Shown: positions 1 through 14,015 of the stretch, piece by piece
How the letters are laid out: the number at the start of each line of letters is the position of its first letter
Numbering within the stretch: position 1 is the stretch's first letter
DNA from: Octopus sinensis
Taxonomy: Eukaryota
Reading direction: 5' to 3'
Length of the DNA: 64,000 nt
Assembly (NCBI RefSeq): GCF_006345805.1
Contig: NC_043003.1
Coordinates: 109,368,001-109,432,000 of the forward strand
Translations under genes and position numbers: made by a program
Notes under the pieces: generated by a model
The model's database searches: none
What the model saw: only the letters and a program-made list of their open reading frames with translations
Told to the model about the DNA's origin: nothing

Positions 1-362
1 TGGAGGAAAAGTGGGTGACGCCAGTGGCACAGGAAAAGCTCGTTTTGTGTGTTAGGCCTCACAGGGGCAATGGCGAATGACCGAGACCTTTGGCATTGTG
101 TTGTGCTTGACCAGAAGACTCATCAGACCAAGTAAGATCACAGACGTAGTAGATACTGGTGTCACACAACTGGTACCCATGCCATTGGCACGTAGAAACA
201 CCCATTACTCTCTCAGAGCAGTTGATGTTAGGAAGGGCATCCAGCCAAAGAAGCTATGCCAAATCAGACTGGAGTCTGGTACAGCCTTCCAGCCTTGCCA
301 GCCCTGGTCAAACTTTCCAACTTATGCCAATATGGACAACATAAGTTAAATGATGATGATGA
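1..362 (+). mobile_element. RTE LINE 3' end (ORF C-terminus + 3' UTR + (GAT)n tail)
   Basis: Encodes LGLTGAMANDRDLWHCVVL..KT, matching the end of the RTE ORF at 30360-30870. Continues into ggcacgtagaaacac, aggaagggcatccagc and a gatgatgat tail. Confidence 0.7.
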
Positions 363-390
363 TCTATTTATATAAACTGTATGGATACTA

Positions 391-770
391 TGTGGAGGCA
401 CAATGGCCCAGCGATTAGGGCAGTGGACTCGCGGTCATAGGATCGCGGTTTCAGTTCCCAGACTGGGCATTGTGAGTGTTTATTTAGCAGAAACACCTAA
501 AATTCCATGGCAGTGGGTGGTGACGAACTCTGCTGTACTCTTTCACCACAACTTTCTCTCACTCTTTCTTCCTATTTCTGTTGTACCTGTATTTCAAAGG
601 ACCAGCCTTGTCACACTCTGTGTCACACTGAATCTCCCCCGAGAACTACGTTAAGGGTACACGTGTCTGTGAAGTGCTCAGCCACTTGCACATAAATTTC
701 ATGAGCAGGCTGTTCCAGTGATCAGATCAACTGGAACCCTTGTCATAACTGACAGAATACCAACCACCAA
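391..770 (+). mobile_element. tRNA-derived SINE, family D
   Basis: tRNA-like head gtggaggcacaatggcccagcgattagggcag...gtttcagttccc. Body shared with copies at 2540-2885, 12560-12900 and 55290-55810. Confidence 0.8.
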
Positions 771-917
771 TGGACACTATGGAACTGCTGGTGTATATCC
801 AATAACAGGAGTGTTTCCACTGTATGATGACATCAGGTAGCCAATAACTGCGTAGCATTCTACAAGGTTTTTACCTGAATCTCCTCTTTCTCTCTTTAAC
901 TATATATATATATATAT

Positions 918-1085
918 AATCTCAAGATTAATCAGCCGAAATTGCGAGGATGATCCAGTTCTTGACTAAAGATAAAAGGCTTCAAATGACCCGTCCGTGT
1001 TTTTTTGTATCGTCTATCTGGATGTTTTGTTGTCCCTTTTTGTATCACCTAGTTGTCCGGATTGTTTTGCATTCTTGTCCCATTT
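918..1085 (+). repeat. Unclassified interspersed repeat
   Basis: aatcagccgaaattgc.aggatgatcc.gttcttgact.aagat... recurs at 48247-48370. Confidence 0.7.
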
Positions 1086-1366
1086 TGTATTTTATATATA
1101 TATATATAGCGGCGTACGTACACTTTGTTCTCTTATATTATATATATATGCATACATATATATAATATATATACATATACATGTATATCTATAATATATA
1201 TATATACATACATGCATATATATGTATATATATGTATATCTATAATACACACACATATATTTAAATATATATGAGATTTTTGAGTAAGTTTGAATATATA
1301 TTCATACATATATGTGTGTGTATATATATATGTATATACTACATATGTATGTATGTATGTGTGTGT

Positions 1367-1405
<39 letters not shown>

Positions 1406-1946
1406 TATATATATATATACATATATATAATTAGGGTTAAGCAACAAGTTGCTTAGCCACATACTGAAAAATTTAGAAATAGCAGTCAAAGACCGCTTAT
1501 TTCTATTTACTAACTGTATAGCTCCACATATAACATTTACCTGCAACTCACAAATGCAAAAGAAGGAAAATAACGAAATTAAACAGTCTTCGGTCAGTTG
1601 TGGATGCGTTTCTGGGTTAGAATTAGAAAGAACTCATTCCTGTCAACAGCACAACATTCCATTAGATTATAGATTTGCAAATGCTATTAACCCACCTCTT
1701 GCATCCCGATACTGCGTAATCGGAGATAGAAGAAGATTGTCAGCACAAACCAAATTCAAATTGATGAATGAATTTGTATTTTCCCTCCAAGATTACCATG
1801 TGCGTCACAAAATAGTACCGCAGAAAGAGAACTGTGGTTTGTTATAAGGGAGTGAAAAATTTCATTATTAATAATATAAAAGTAAATAATTATTAATTTT
1901 TAAAATTAATAATTATTAACCCGTTTTTTATTAATATATATATATT

Positions 1947-2295
1947 CTTTCTTTTCTTTTATTCTTTTACTTGTTTCAGTCATTCGACTGCGGCCATGCT
2001 GGAGCACCGCCTTTAGTCGAGCAATTCGACCCCGGGACTTATTCTTTGTAAGCCCAGTACTTATTCTATCGGTCTCTTTTGCCGAACCACTAAGTGACGG
2101 GGATGTAAACACACCAGCTCGGTTGTCAAGCAATGCTAGGGGGACAAACACAGACACAACAAACACACACACAACACATACATATATATATATACATATA
2201 TACGACAGGCTTCTTTCAGTTTCCGTCTACCAATCCACTCACAAGGCATTGGTCGGCCCGGGGGCTATAGCAGAAGACACTTGCCCAAGATGCCG
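1947..2295 (-). mobile_element. SINE family A (5'-truncated)
   Basis: Reverse complement of the family A body and tail, including an internal (CA)/(TA) tract. Confidence 0.85.
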
Positions 2296-2539
2296 AACAT
2301 CAAAATAAGTTTTAAAACTTTATTGTAAGTTTTATTTAGTCCTAATTTATTTATGTTCCACTCTAATTTATTATTGCTATGCCTCACTGGTGAGGCACAT
2401 GTCCTACCTTGGGAAATGCTGTTGTAGATGCTCCTTCATTCAAGAATTATGATGAAGATAGTAATGGCAAGGAAAATTCTAAGGTTGCTGTTGATGCTTT
2501 GTTTGTTTGTTTGTGTGTTTGTTAGTGTGAAGTGGTCTT

Positions 2540-2885
2540 CCTCCCATTAATGGGAGAAGTCCGAAACGTGGTCCTTTGCTATTTGTAAGACCCGCAGAAG
2601 AGAAAGCAGGTCAACCCCTGACGCCGAGAGCATCGATGGATGGATGAATGTGTATCCAGGCTCAGCGGTTGCGTAGGAAGTCGGGGACAAGAAACAGGAA
2701 GAAAGTGTGAGAGAAAGCTGTAGTGAAAGAAGAGTACAACAGGGGTCGCCACCACCCCCTGCCGGAGCCTCGTGAAGTTTTAGGTGTTTTCGCTCAATAA
2801 ACATATACAGCGCCCGGTCTGGGAATCGAAACCGCGATCCTCCGACCGTGTGTCCGCTACCCTAACCACTGGATCACTGCGCCTC
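2540..2885 (-). mobile_element. SINE family D variant
   Basis: Reverse-complement tRNA head (gggaatcgaaaccgcgatcctccgaccg...taaccactgg) plus the D body. Confidence 0.75.
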
Positions 2886-3617
2886 CTGCTGTTGATGCTT
2901 ACCATTGCTTCAGTTGCTATTGCTGGTTATAATGTGATATCAGTGATGCTAGTAATAACGGCAATAATAATGATGATGGTGATGATGACGATGATGATTA
3001 TAGTGATGGTAGTGATAAAACTGGGACAGAGTGACACTTAGATCAATTTGTTATTGATGTTAATTGTTATTGATGTAAATATCTTGTAATCAGTGATGTC
3101 TCCACGAGAAGAGCGCTTATAAAGCATTTATAATTCACACATATAGAAACTTATCTGTCTAACTGTTGATCTATCTGTCTTTCTACCTAGTTATTTTAAA
3201 CCACCTACCTGTCTCAGTATCTACCTGCTGGTCTGTCTATCTGTCTTTCTGAATCTACTTATTTATACGTATTATGATTTATACACATATGTGCACAAGC
3301 ACTCATATATGCACATATGCACACATATGCACACACACACACACATCTGGGAATATGAGTATGTATCTGTGTGAGTTTATATATGTGTGTGTGTGTGTAT
3401 GTATATAATATATATATGTATACGTATCTATATATATATGTATGTACATATATGTATATATATATATACGTATGTTTATAAATAGATAATACTTATATAT
3501 ATATATGTATGCATGGCATCATGTTTTATTTTGATTAATTTACTCCACCACCTACACCACCAAACGGTATATACAGGTGCTTACAATTATCAAGTACTCA
3601 CCCCGAATCTGTATGGC

Positions 3618-3656
<39 letters not shown>

Positions 3657-3703
3657 TGTATTTATATATACATATATATATGTATTTATATATACATATA
3701 TTG

Positions 3704-3764
<61 letters not shown>

Positions 3765-3767
<3 letters not shown>

Positions 3768-5394
3768 TTGCGGCCAAAATGTTCTGAACTGCATGGTTTT
3801 CGTCGAAAAATAGATATAAGTTTTATCAAAGTTGTTTTATGTTCTATAATTTTCACAGACAATAAATACGATATTATTTGTTATTGTCTGAGATTTTAGT
3901 GTAATTTGAGAGAATAATACAAAAGTTATGGATGATTAAGTGATTTACTGCAAAACCCATGGCGGCCAAAATGATCAGAAAGGTTGAAAAAATAACAAAA
4001 TAATCAAAAATGACAGAGAATACTGGAATTATTTAATATTTAGTGTGAAGCCCTTTAGCTTCAATCACACTTTGACATCTTCGACTGCATGAGGAAATTA
4101 AATTTTCAATTTTTGCTAGGTGATCTTATTCCATTCTTCCTGAAGAGCATTCCATAATGCTCGGTTGTTTTAGGATTTCTGGCTTTCAAACGTTCTCCTA
4201 GAATATTCCACACATTTTCAATAGGATTAAGATCTGGGCTTTGAGCAGGCCAATCCATAATAATAACCTTTTCAGCCTTGAGGAAGTTCATGACCACCTT
4301 AGCCTTGTGACATGGGGCATTGTCCTGCATGAATATGGGTGGTCGCTTAGTTGAATTTCTCAGCACAGGCAAGACATGATCTTTTACAAGTTGTTTATAA
4401 ACTCCTGCACTTACCTTTCCATGTAATCGCACCAAAGAGCCCACACCATCTCCAGATATCATTCCCCAAACCATGACACTTCCTCCACCGAATATAACAC
4501 TAGTTTTAAGGCATTTAGGCGACAATTTTTCACCTACTTTTCAACGAATGTACCTTTTCCCATCTGAGCCAAATAACATAAACTTAGATTCATCACTGAA
4601 ATGCACCATTTGCCATTTTTCTTGAGACCACAACACATGTTCGGTTGCAAAGGTAAGACGACACTTTTTATTTTTGGAGCTGATCAGTGGCTTCACTGCA
4701 GGTGCTCTTGCTTGTAGGTCATGTTCAACTAAACGACGAGACACAGTTTTTCGAGATAAAGTTTTCTTCAGTACAATGCTCATTTCCCAAGAAACAGCAG
4801 CAGCAGTTTTAAATCTGTCCTTTTTAACCAACTTTACCATAGCACGATCTTCTCTCTTGGTCGTTTTTCTTGGCCTACCTGTAGACTTTCTTGCTTCACA
4901 TGAACCACAATCATCGAAGACCTTAAGAATACCGTGAACAACACTTTTTGACTTGTTAACAATCTTTTCAATAGACCTAATACTTAAATTATCCTTCTTT
5001 CGAAGCTTAATAATCTGCTGACGAATTGGTAACGGAGTAAGTGACATTATATTAACAAAGTACACTGCAGATATTCTTACTAATGTTTAGTAAACGAACC
5101 ATCACGTAAACAAATTCAAAACATTAGAGTTCGCCAGTTAAATATACTAAAACACGGAGTAAAAGTAAAAGCACCGTTCTGATCATTTTGGCCGCCATGG
5201 GTTTTGCAGTAGTAAATCACTAAATCATCCATAACTTTTGTTTATCCTCTCAAATTACACCAACATCTCAGACAATAACAATTAATATGTATTTATTGTG
5301 TGTGAAAATTATAGAATATAAAAAACTTTGATAAAAACTTATATCTACTTTTCTGGCGAAAACAATGCAGTTCAGAACATTTTGGCCGCAACTG
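3765..5394 (-). mobile_element. Tc1 DNA transposon, full length (1630 bp), about 216-bp IR/DR-type TIRs, TA TSD
   Basis: TA|CAGTTGCGGCCAAAATG...CATTTTGGCCGCAACTG|TA. TIRs at 3765-3980 and 5177-5394, each with outer and inner ggccaaaatg.tc.gaa repeats. Confidence 0.95.
4033..5047 (-). pseudogene. Tc1 transposase, DD34E, disrupted
   Basis: HTH region, GRPRK, FSDESKF, GGGSVMVWG, MQDNAPCH-34 aa-SPDLNPIE. In-frame TGA near 4540 (RYIR*KVGEKL), two 1-bp frameshifts and a TAG near the C-terminus. Confidence 0.92.
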
Positions 5395-5398
5395 TATA

Positions 5399-5466
<68 letters not shown>

Positions 5467-6203
5467 TATATACAGAGAAAGAGAGAGAAAGAGTGCTTGA
5501 TAGATAGATAGCTATACATATACATACGTATACATACATATATCAATATAAATATGATGCAGTTAACAAACAATGAAAAGACCTGAAAAAACAATATATA
5601 GTTAAGTGAAAATGTCATACAAATACAACACAAAGGACATAGACAAACCCATATATAGACAACACAGTTAAACTTTAGCAGTTAGAAGAGGAATAAGGGG
5701 AAAAAATAATCATGAAGATACATTGCTCTTGTCCAACTGAAATAACCCAAAACGAAATAAACGAAAGGATATATATTTGAGGCAGTAAGATATATATATA
5801 AAAAAATAAACTTGAAATATTGGTTTAGGGATGTACCTGTCTGGCATGTGATTTAATCTGAGGCCATGTGTTGATGCTAAAGCAATTATAGTCTGGAAGA
5901 CAAATATTGGCCATTCAAAAACACTCAAGGACTGGTAACTTTTATTTAATCATTTAATCATTTAATATTTTGTGTCAAAATTTTTATCACCTTATCTATG
6001 ACTTGATCACTGAGAATTTCAAGGCAAGTCTGAGAATGTGATGAAAATTTCAAGTTGGAACATTTGAATAATTAAGTAAAGTTTACAATTTTTGTATGTT
6101 TTTTTGGGTGACTAGTGTGTGTCCTTCCATGCTGAAATATTGGATGTTACTCAAACAGATAGAGACACCCAGACAGACAGATAGGTAGGTAGGTAGATAG
6201 ATT

Positions 6204-6253
<50 letters not shown>

Positions 6254-6769
6254 GAAAGAGAGAGTGGGAGAAGAGAGAGAAAGGTAGATAAACAGCTATA
6301 TATATATGTGTGTGTGTGTTGTGTGTATATATATATATTTAGAGATAGATAGATAGATAGATAGATAGAAAAACTGAATGATAATGGAATAGGCATAGAG
6401 AGTGAAAAGGAAAAAGATGCAAAGAAAGAGTAAATGTGGTGTCATGACCAAATTAACAAAATAATAATTGTATGCTAAAGGGTTGTGTGCATTGATGTGT
6501 AGATGGAAGAAATTAGACATTAAAAGAAAAAATGCGGTACAAATAGAATTTCCCTTCTTCAGCTGTCCAAACTAAGGACTTTTTGCAGTTTTAGTGCACG
6601 AGGACAGTACTATATTTGAGTATCATACTACACAGCTGGTAGTGTGAGCACAAGACCAAAGAGGAGATTCGTTTACTCATTCAACACATCTTTACTGTTA
6701 TTGCTCAAGGCAGAAGCTGTGACATTAATGTCACCTCCATGGAGAAACATCAGTTTACTTGGAAACAGG

Positions 6770-7025
6770 TAGGGGTTGGCAACGGGGGTGGGGGGCAGAT
6801 GCCCTTCCTGTTTCCAAGCAAAGTAATATTTCTCCACAACCAGACATGTTTCCTCAGAAGACTGGAAATGAAGGATACTGATTGCATGACTTTGACACTC
6901 ACAACTATCATGCAATGTCAATGCAAGGAGAGAGAAGGGCATCTGGCTGTAGAAAATCCATCTCAACAGATTCCATCCAACCCATGCAGGCATAGAAAAT
7001 TGGACGTTAAAATGATGATGATGTC
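6770..7025 (+). mobile_element. RTE-derived 3' short element (degenerate)
   Basis: gaagggcatctggctgtagaaa...ccatccaacccatgcag...gacgttaaaatgatgatg. Confidence 0.65.
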
Positions 7026-7389
7026 TATAGATTTGTTCATAAATGTGATTGAATGAGTCATAACAGACAAAATAATCAATAGATGTATAAGGTCGATAGA
7101 GGGATAAATAATCAAATAAAATGAAAAATAATCAATAGATGAAAAAGTAGATAAGGAAAAATGAATAATTAATGATGAATATATGGATGGAAGTTTATGT
7201 AAATGATGTATAAAATTGTAGTCATAAAGGGCTAAAAGTTTAATTAGAGATTACAGAAGTAATACAGCTTCATTGAAATGAGTGCCTTCATGGTGTTTTT
7301 GTGGTTGGATGGCCACGTATGGGGTGTTTTATATTTGCAGCATGCCTTAGAGAAGACAGTGACAGCTGAGACTTACATTACCCTGAGTT

Positions 7390-7456
7390 GTCATCATCAT
7401 CATCATCATCATCATTGTTGTTGTTGTCATCATCGTCATCATCATCATCATCATCA

Positions 7457-7494
<38 letters not shown>

Positions 7495-7545
7495 ATCATC
7501 ATCATCATCACAATCACAGTCATTGTCGTCATCATCATTCTCATT
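7390..7545. repeat. (CAT/CGT)n microsatellite
   Basis: Direct inspection. Confidence 0.95.
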
Positions 7546-8174
7546 ATTTTAATGTTCACTTTTCTATGCTTGCATGGGTCAGCTGGAATCTGCTGAGGTA
7601 GATTTTCTTTGGCCAAATGCCTTTCTTGTCACAATGTCTCATCTGTTTCAAAGCAAAGTATTATTCCTTCCACAGCTAGACATATTTTCATGCAAGGTTA
7701 TATAAACCATTTCCATCCTGTATATATCTAAAACACCAGCTTAATGTGCTCGCTCCTTTTTGAAACATTTATCATTTAGAAGACAGTTGGCTGTGTTTCT
7801 ACAACTGCATCCACAGGTTGTACAGAGCTGCTTATGTCTTCATACTTGATGAGAATCCTATCTTAATTTTATGCTGTTTAAAGAGTGTACACTGAGTTTG
7901 GCAAACTTACTACAATTTCAGTAAATGTATTTTTCACTATATATGAGAGGGATGAATTTCATTTAGACATGTGACAAGTGAGTATACATCATAGACAAGG
8001 TTCAAGAAGGCTGAAACACATCTAATGTTATTGTGAGTCACCTCTGGAACGATATTTACTTCACTTCAACATATTTTGTTTTCAACACAGTATGTTTATG
8101 AAGGGATTTTCTCTCAGAGAAAGGTCTCAGCATCTTACCTTTCAAAGGTGTATATATCTTAGGTATAAAATAAA

Positions 8175-8380
8175 ACTAAGCACGCCGGGCGAAATGCTTA
8201 GTGGTATTTCGTTTGCATTACGTTGTGAGTTCAAATTCCGCCGAGGTCGACTTTCCCTTTCATCCTTTCGGGGTCGATAAATTATGTACCAGTTATGCAC
8301 TGGGGTCGATATAATCGACTTAATACCTATGTTTGTTCCCTCTGTGTTTAGCTCCTTGTGGGTAATAAAGAAATAGGTAT
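8175..8380 (+). mobile_element. tRNA-derived SINE, family C
   Basis: gcacgccgggcgaaatgcttag, B-box-like gagttcaaattcc, central ttcatcctttcggggtcgataaatta.gtaccagt. Confidence 0.85.
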
Positions 8381-8579
8381 AAAATAAAAATGGCTAAAAA
8401 AGCACCCATTACATACTATAAAGTGGTTGGTGGCAGGAAGGGTATCCATTCGTTGAAACTATGCTAAAGCAGATACTGGAGCATGATGCAATCCTTGGGC
8501 CCTTTTGATACTGTCAAACTGTTCAACCCATGCCAATATGGAAAGTAGATGTTATGTAATGAAGATGATAATGATCAAG

Positions 8580-8925
8580 GTAATATATACCTATGCTTGA
8601 GGAGACCTTTTGAGTCAAGTACATCAACATCAAAATAAAAATCAAATGGAAATTGTAGTTGTGATAACCGTGCCGGTGACATGTAAAAAGCACCATCCGA
8701 ACGTGTCCATGCCTGTAGCATGTAAAAATCACCAACCAATCATGGCTGTTGCCAGCCTCCTCTGGCCCCTGTGCCAGTCACACGTAAAAAGCATCCACTA
8801 CACTGTAGAAACACTGCCAGCTCGGACTGGAACCTGGTGCAGCCTCCTGGTTTCCCAGACCCCAGTCGAACCGTCCAACTCATGCTAGCATGGAAAACGG
8901 ACGTTAAACGATGATGATGATGATT
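8580..8925 (+). mobile_element. RTE-derived 3' short element with three internal modules
   Basis: Three catgtaaaaagcac-like modules, then gaaccgtccaactcatgctagcatggaaaacggacgttaaacgatgatg. Confidence 0.75.
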
Positions 8926-9084
8926 ACTCAATGATGGGTTCTCAGCTATCTGAAGATACTCATCAGGCTGAAGATATTTGAATGACAGGAAGGTTGCATT
9001 GTCGTTTGGGAATCCCAAGTTAACTCACGGAAAATTTGGATTTTTATTTGCCTTCATAGCGATTCCAGCTGCAAACTGTGGACA

Positions 9085-9241
9085 AGGCATGGCTGTGTTG
9101 TAAGTAGCTTGCTTACAACCACATGGTTCTGGGTTCAGTCCTACTGCATGGTACCTTCGGTCAGTGTGTTTTACTATAGCCTCGGGCTGACCAAAGCCTT
9201 ATGAGTGGATTTGGTAGACGGAAACTGAAAGAAGCCTGTTG

Positions 9242-9289
<48 letters not shown>

Positions 9290-9363
9290 TGTGTGTGTGT
9301 GCGTGTGTGTGTGTGTTTGTGTGTGTGTGAGTGAGTGTTTGTGTGTGTGTGTGTGTGAGTGAG

Positions 9364-9398
<35 letters not shown>

Positions 9399-9433
9399 AT
9401 GTGTGTGTGTGTGTGTGTGTGTGTGTGAGTGAG

Positions 9434-9472
<39 letters not shown>

Positions 9473-9700
9473 ATGCGTGCGTGAGTGAGTGTTTGTGTGT
9501 CTGTGTTTGTCTCCCCATCATCGCTTGACAACTGATGTTGGTGTGTTTACGTCCCCGTAACTTAGCGGTTCGACAAAAGAGACCTATAGGATAAGTACTA
9601 GGCTCACAAAGAATAAGTCCTGAGATCGATTTGTTCGACTAAAGGCGGTACTCCAGCATGGCCATAGTCAAATGACCGAAACATAATAAAAGAATGAAAA
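9085..9700 (+). mobile_element. SINE family A, full length, with expanded (TG)n
   Basis: Head ggctgtgttgtaagtagcttgc...gggttcagtcc, body ggatttggtagacggaaactgaaagaagcc, tail ccagcatggcc..agtcaaatgac.gaaac. Confidence 0.9.
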
Positions 9701-9886
9701 AATATAAGAATATAAAAAAATTTCGTTCAGTTTATTGAACTTTGTTATAGAAAAAGCCAATCACCCTCATCAATAAGTTTCTGTTCTTGAACATTGCTTT
9801 TTTATTCCTAACATGGACTGCTTGAAGCTTACAAACTATCTACATGTTGATCCTTTGATCTTAATGTTACATATCGATATATTGGC

Positions 9887-9937
<51 letters not shown>

Positions 9938-11179
9938 ATATTGTTGCAAGCATTGCTGTGAGGTAAGAAGACTGCTGTCATATGAGTGTGTATGTGTCTG
10001 TGTGTCTGTGTATACATATGTATGTGTGTGTATATATATGTATGTGTCTGTCTGTGTGTGTGTGCGTTTGTGTGTGTGCATGCCCTGCATGAGAGTGTGT
10101 GTGAATGTGGGTGTATATGTTGCTGTGTCTCCTTGCTTCGACTTTGCATGTTAGTTGTAAATGAGTGTGAGTGTCATGCAAGCAGTGTCCTTCGTTTCCT
10201 GTATTTTGTGAAAGCATGCCTTGTAATGGGAGAATATTAGGAAACTTGTCAACAGGTGAGGGTTGGGGCAGGAAGAGGACTTGGCTATAGAAAAATTCAC
10301 CTCAACAACTTCCATCCAACTCATTCATGCCTGAAAAAGTGGATGCTAAAATGATGATGATATTTGTATCTACATACATACCTATTTCTTTACTACCCAC
10401 GAGGGTAGTTTCTCTCTACTAAATTCACTTGTAAGACTTAGGTCAGCCTGGGCCTGGGTGCTGTAGCAGAAGAGACTTACCCAAGGAGCCATGCAGTGGG
10501 ACTGAAACCTAGAACTATGTGGTCAGAAAGCAAATTTCTTGCCACTCGCCCACACTTGCACCTTACACTTCCTCATCTTGGAAAATTCACATACACGCAT
10601 ACGCGCATACACACACATGCACACACGGACACACACACACCACACACACACACACACAAAGCAAAATGTAAAAGCCAATGTAAAACAAATAAACCCACTC
10701 ACATCATAGCTTGAATCTAGGTGATTGGTAAAGAGTCGTTCACTGGTATGGTACATAGACAGCGTTAATGATACAGTGTCAACAATCTTAAGCCAGCCAT
10801 GAAACAATTATACTTTACCAGTACGGTTCATTATTCTTAGGTGATTCCTGCTTTTTCAGATTGAAATTATTTATTTTCTTGTAAACGTTGCGTCTGTTCA
10901 TCAGACCATTGAATAGTTGGAAATGTTACAGTTTTGCAATGACTGAAACAAAGAATTTATTTATGTGAGGGGAGAGAGGGAGTGAAGAAGAGAGAGAGCA
11001 AGTGGGAGAGACAGGAATGGTGGAGAGAGGGAGAGAGAGAGAGAGGTTGAGTGGGTTGGGAGGGATGTTCTTTCCAGAAATTACAGTCTTCTAATTTGCC
11101 AATAAAAGATTAAAAATAAGTGGAATTGATGTAAAAAAGAAATACACCGCCCAGAAAAAAAAAAAAGAAATGTGTATAT

Positions 11180-11213
<34 letters not shown>

Positions 11214-11269
11214 ACACACGTACACAATCTCACACATGGATAAATATACATACATAAATATATATATAC

Positions 11270-11337
<68 letters not shown>

Positions 11338-12104
11338 TATATATATATATATCCATATATATCCATATTCATATATGATATATACATATACATGTGTATT
11401 CTATATATACGCACATATATATACATATGTGTTTATGTGTGCATAACAATTTTACTTGAAGACAAAGCATTATAGTATAATATAGTATACACACTGAAGC
11501 ACATAATAATAGAAATAGTAATGATATATATCAATTGCTACTATTGTAGCTGCTGTTGTTGTTGTTGTTGATTACGTTCTCTTTATCATGATATATACAC
11601 TCATGCACACGCTCACTCACACACTCTCGGTAATAATATATATAAAGGTAACATTCATGTAGAGATTTGGGGAAAATGCTGTTGACCGGGCATCCTGTTG
11701 AAAAATAAATTCACTGTTTTGAGAATTGCATTGAAAATGCAAGCTGAAAGCAAAACCAAAAGTAAAGAATCCCCAAGAATTGATTCTTTCTACAATTAGC
11801 AAAAGGACTGAAATTTTGGAGTAGGGTCCTCTTTGAGAGCATTGACCCCTGTGCTCACCTTGTACTTGTTTTATTGATTTTGAAAAGATGAAAGGCAATA
11901 TCAATTTTGGTGGAATTTGAATGCAGAATATTTATATTGGTGTAGGTATTCACATTTTGAATTTAAGAAAAATCTTGCATATTCTCACTGTTCCATATAC
12001 AGAGGGTATTCCTAATATATATGATGGCTGGTTGATATGTATGTATGTATTAATGTATGTATGTATGTATGTATGTATGTATGTATGTATGTATGTATGT
12101 ATAG

Positions 12105-12135
<31 letters not shown>

Positions 12136-12189
12136 GACAGACAGATAGATATATAGATAGCTATATAGATAGATAGATAAATAGATAGA

Positions 12190-12221
<32 letters not shown>

Positions 12222-12559
12222 TAGATAGCTGTATACATGTATGTGTATGTCTTTGTATATGTGTTTGTCTCCCACCACTGCTTAACTGGTGCTGGTTTGT
12301 TTACATCTGTGTAACTTAGAGGTTCAACAAAAGAGAGTGAGAAATAAGTACCAGGCTTAAAGAAATGACCATTAGAGTCAGTGAGTTTCATTTAACCTTT
12401 CAAAGCAATGCCCCAGCATGGCTGCCGTCCAGTGACAGAAGCAAATAAAAGAAAGTACAAGAAAGGGCACTTGGCATCAAACAACTGTAAATTTGACAAA
12501 CCACCTGAGAGTACACATTCTCCGAAAATATTCTGATTATTTTCCATTGGAGTTTCCCT

Positions 12560-12900
12560 TGGACAACAACTGGCACTCCATCAGTTACGACAATGAGGGT
12601 TCCAGGTGATCCGATCAACAGAACAGCCTGTTCATGAAATTAACATGCAAGTGGCTGAGCGCTCCACAGGCATGCATACTCTTAACATAGTTCTCGGGAA
12701 GATTCATTATGAATCACAGACTGAGACAAGGCCGGCTCTTTGGAATGAGTACTGCTCACTTTTGCCAGTTGAGTGGACTGGAATAACATGGAATAAAGTG
12801 TCTTGCTGAAGGACCTTATGTGCCACTGGGAATGGAACTTGGGATCTTATGATCATGAGCTGAATGCCCTTACCACTGAGCCATGAACCTTCACACTCTT
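12560..12900 (-). mobile_element. SINE family D
   Basis: gagggttccaggtgatccgatcaacagaacagcctg...gccagttgagtggactgg...ccactgagccatg. Confidence 0.75.
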
Positions 12901-13319
12901 CATAGCACATAGAGACAAATGGATATGAGTTACAAGTGTTGCGTTTTGGAGGGATGAACAAAACGACAGAACAGCATCAAAACTTTGGGGTTAAATGTTC
13001 TATTTCCTCATCTTCTTTTCAGGTTTCTTCTTCTCTTATTTTCTTTCTTGTTTCATCCATTTTACAAACCATTGTCAATTGATGATGTCATTTTGTCTAG
13101 GAACGAACAACAGAGATAATCCAGCCGAAACTTTGAATTTCTGCATTTCTCTGTATTTTTCATTTTCCATTATGAATCTGAAGAAGACAAACATATTGAT
13201 GAAATATTGATCAGTTCAATAAACAAAGTCAATCTGTATTTTATTACATATCATATTCTGCTCTTCTAATTGTGTTTTTACCTTTGTGAAGAGTTACATC
13301 AATCATCCTAAACCATTAC

Positions 13320-13365
13320 TATTATTATTTCAATTACTTTATTATCATTATTATTATTATTATTA

Positions 13366-13438
<73 letters not shown>

Positions 13439-13455
13439 GTTATTGTTGTTATTAT
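13320..13455. repeat. (ATT)n microsatellite
   Basis: Direct inspection. Confidence 0.95.
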
Positions 13456-13869
13456 TTGTATAAGTATTAGTATTTGTTTTCTTTCTTCATATTTGTATGT
13501 ACTAAGTAGCTTTCCTTCAAAAAAAATTCTTTAAGGAAAATAAATAGATATAGTTGATATTCAATTGTGTTCCAATTCCGTTTACTTAGAACATTGTGCA
13601 CCCACACAAAACTCATACAAACACATCCTTCCATACACACAAGAAACAATTACTAATGATTTCTGTTTTTTTATTGTTTCTCACTAATTCTTGCTGGAAT
13701 TATTTTTCCTGTTCTTTTTACTTCTTATTGTTTTCTGTTATTTAAATTTTAATCTTTGTTTTTCTGCATTTTTTTTCTTTTTGTAAAAAAAAATTTCTTC
13801 ATTGTTTAAGAAGACAAATCTATGCAAAGATCTGCAGAAAAAACAGAAAGCAACAGCGTAACAATAGCA

Positions 13870-13877
13870 ACTACTGT

Positions 13878-13921
<44 letters not shown>

Positions 13922-13983
13922 TTGCTGCTGCTGCTGCCACCACTACCACCACCACCACACCACCACCACCACTACTACTGCTA

Positions 13984-14015
<32 letters not shown>

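Noticed and set aside
391-470. tRNA-like sequences at SINE heads
   Set aside because: They continue into SINE bodies and lack intact cloverleafs, so they are not called as tRNA genes.
1449-1847. 132-aa ORF with ordinary composition
   Set aside because: No recognisable domain, a non-ATG start and a position between microsatellites. It is probably a repeat fragment, but I cannot classify it.
13170-13220. Other CTGAnGA...GAAA hits (10860-10905, 13178, 16608, 29323, 46424)
   Set aside because: Helices are missing or too short; these are chance matches.
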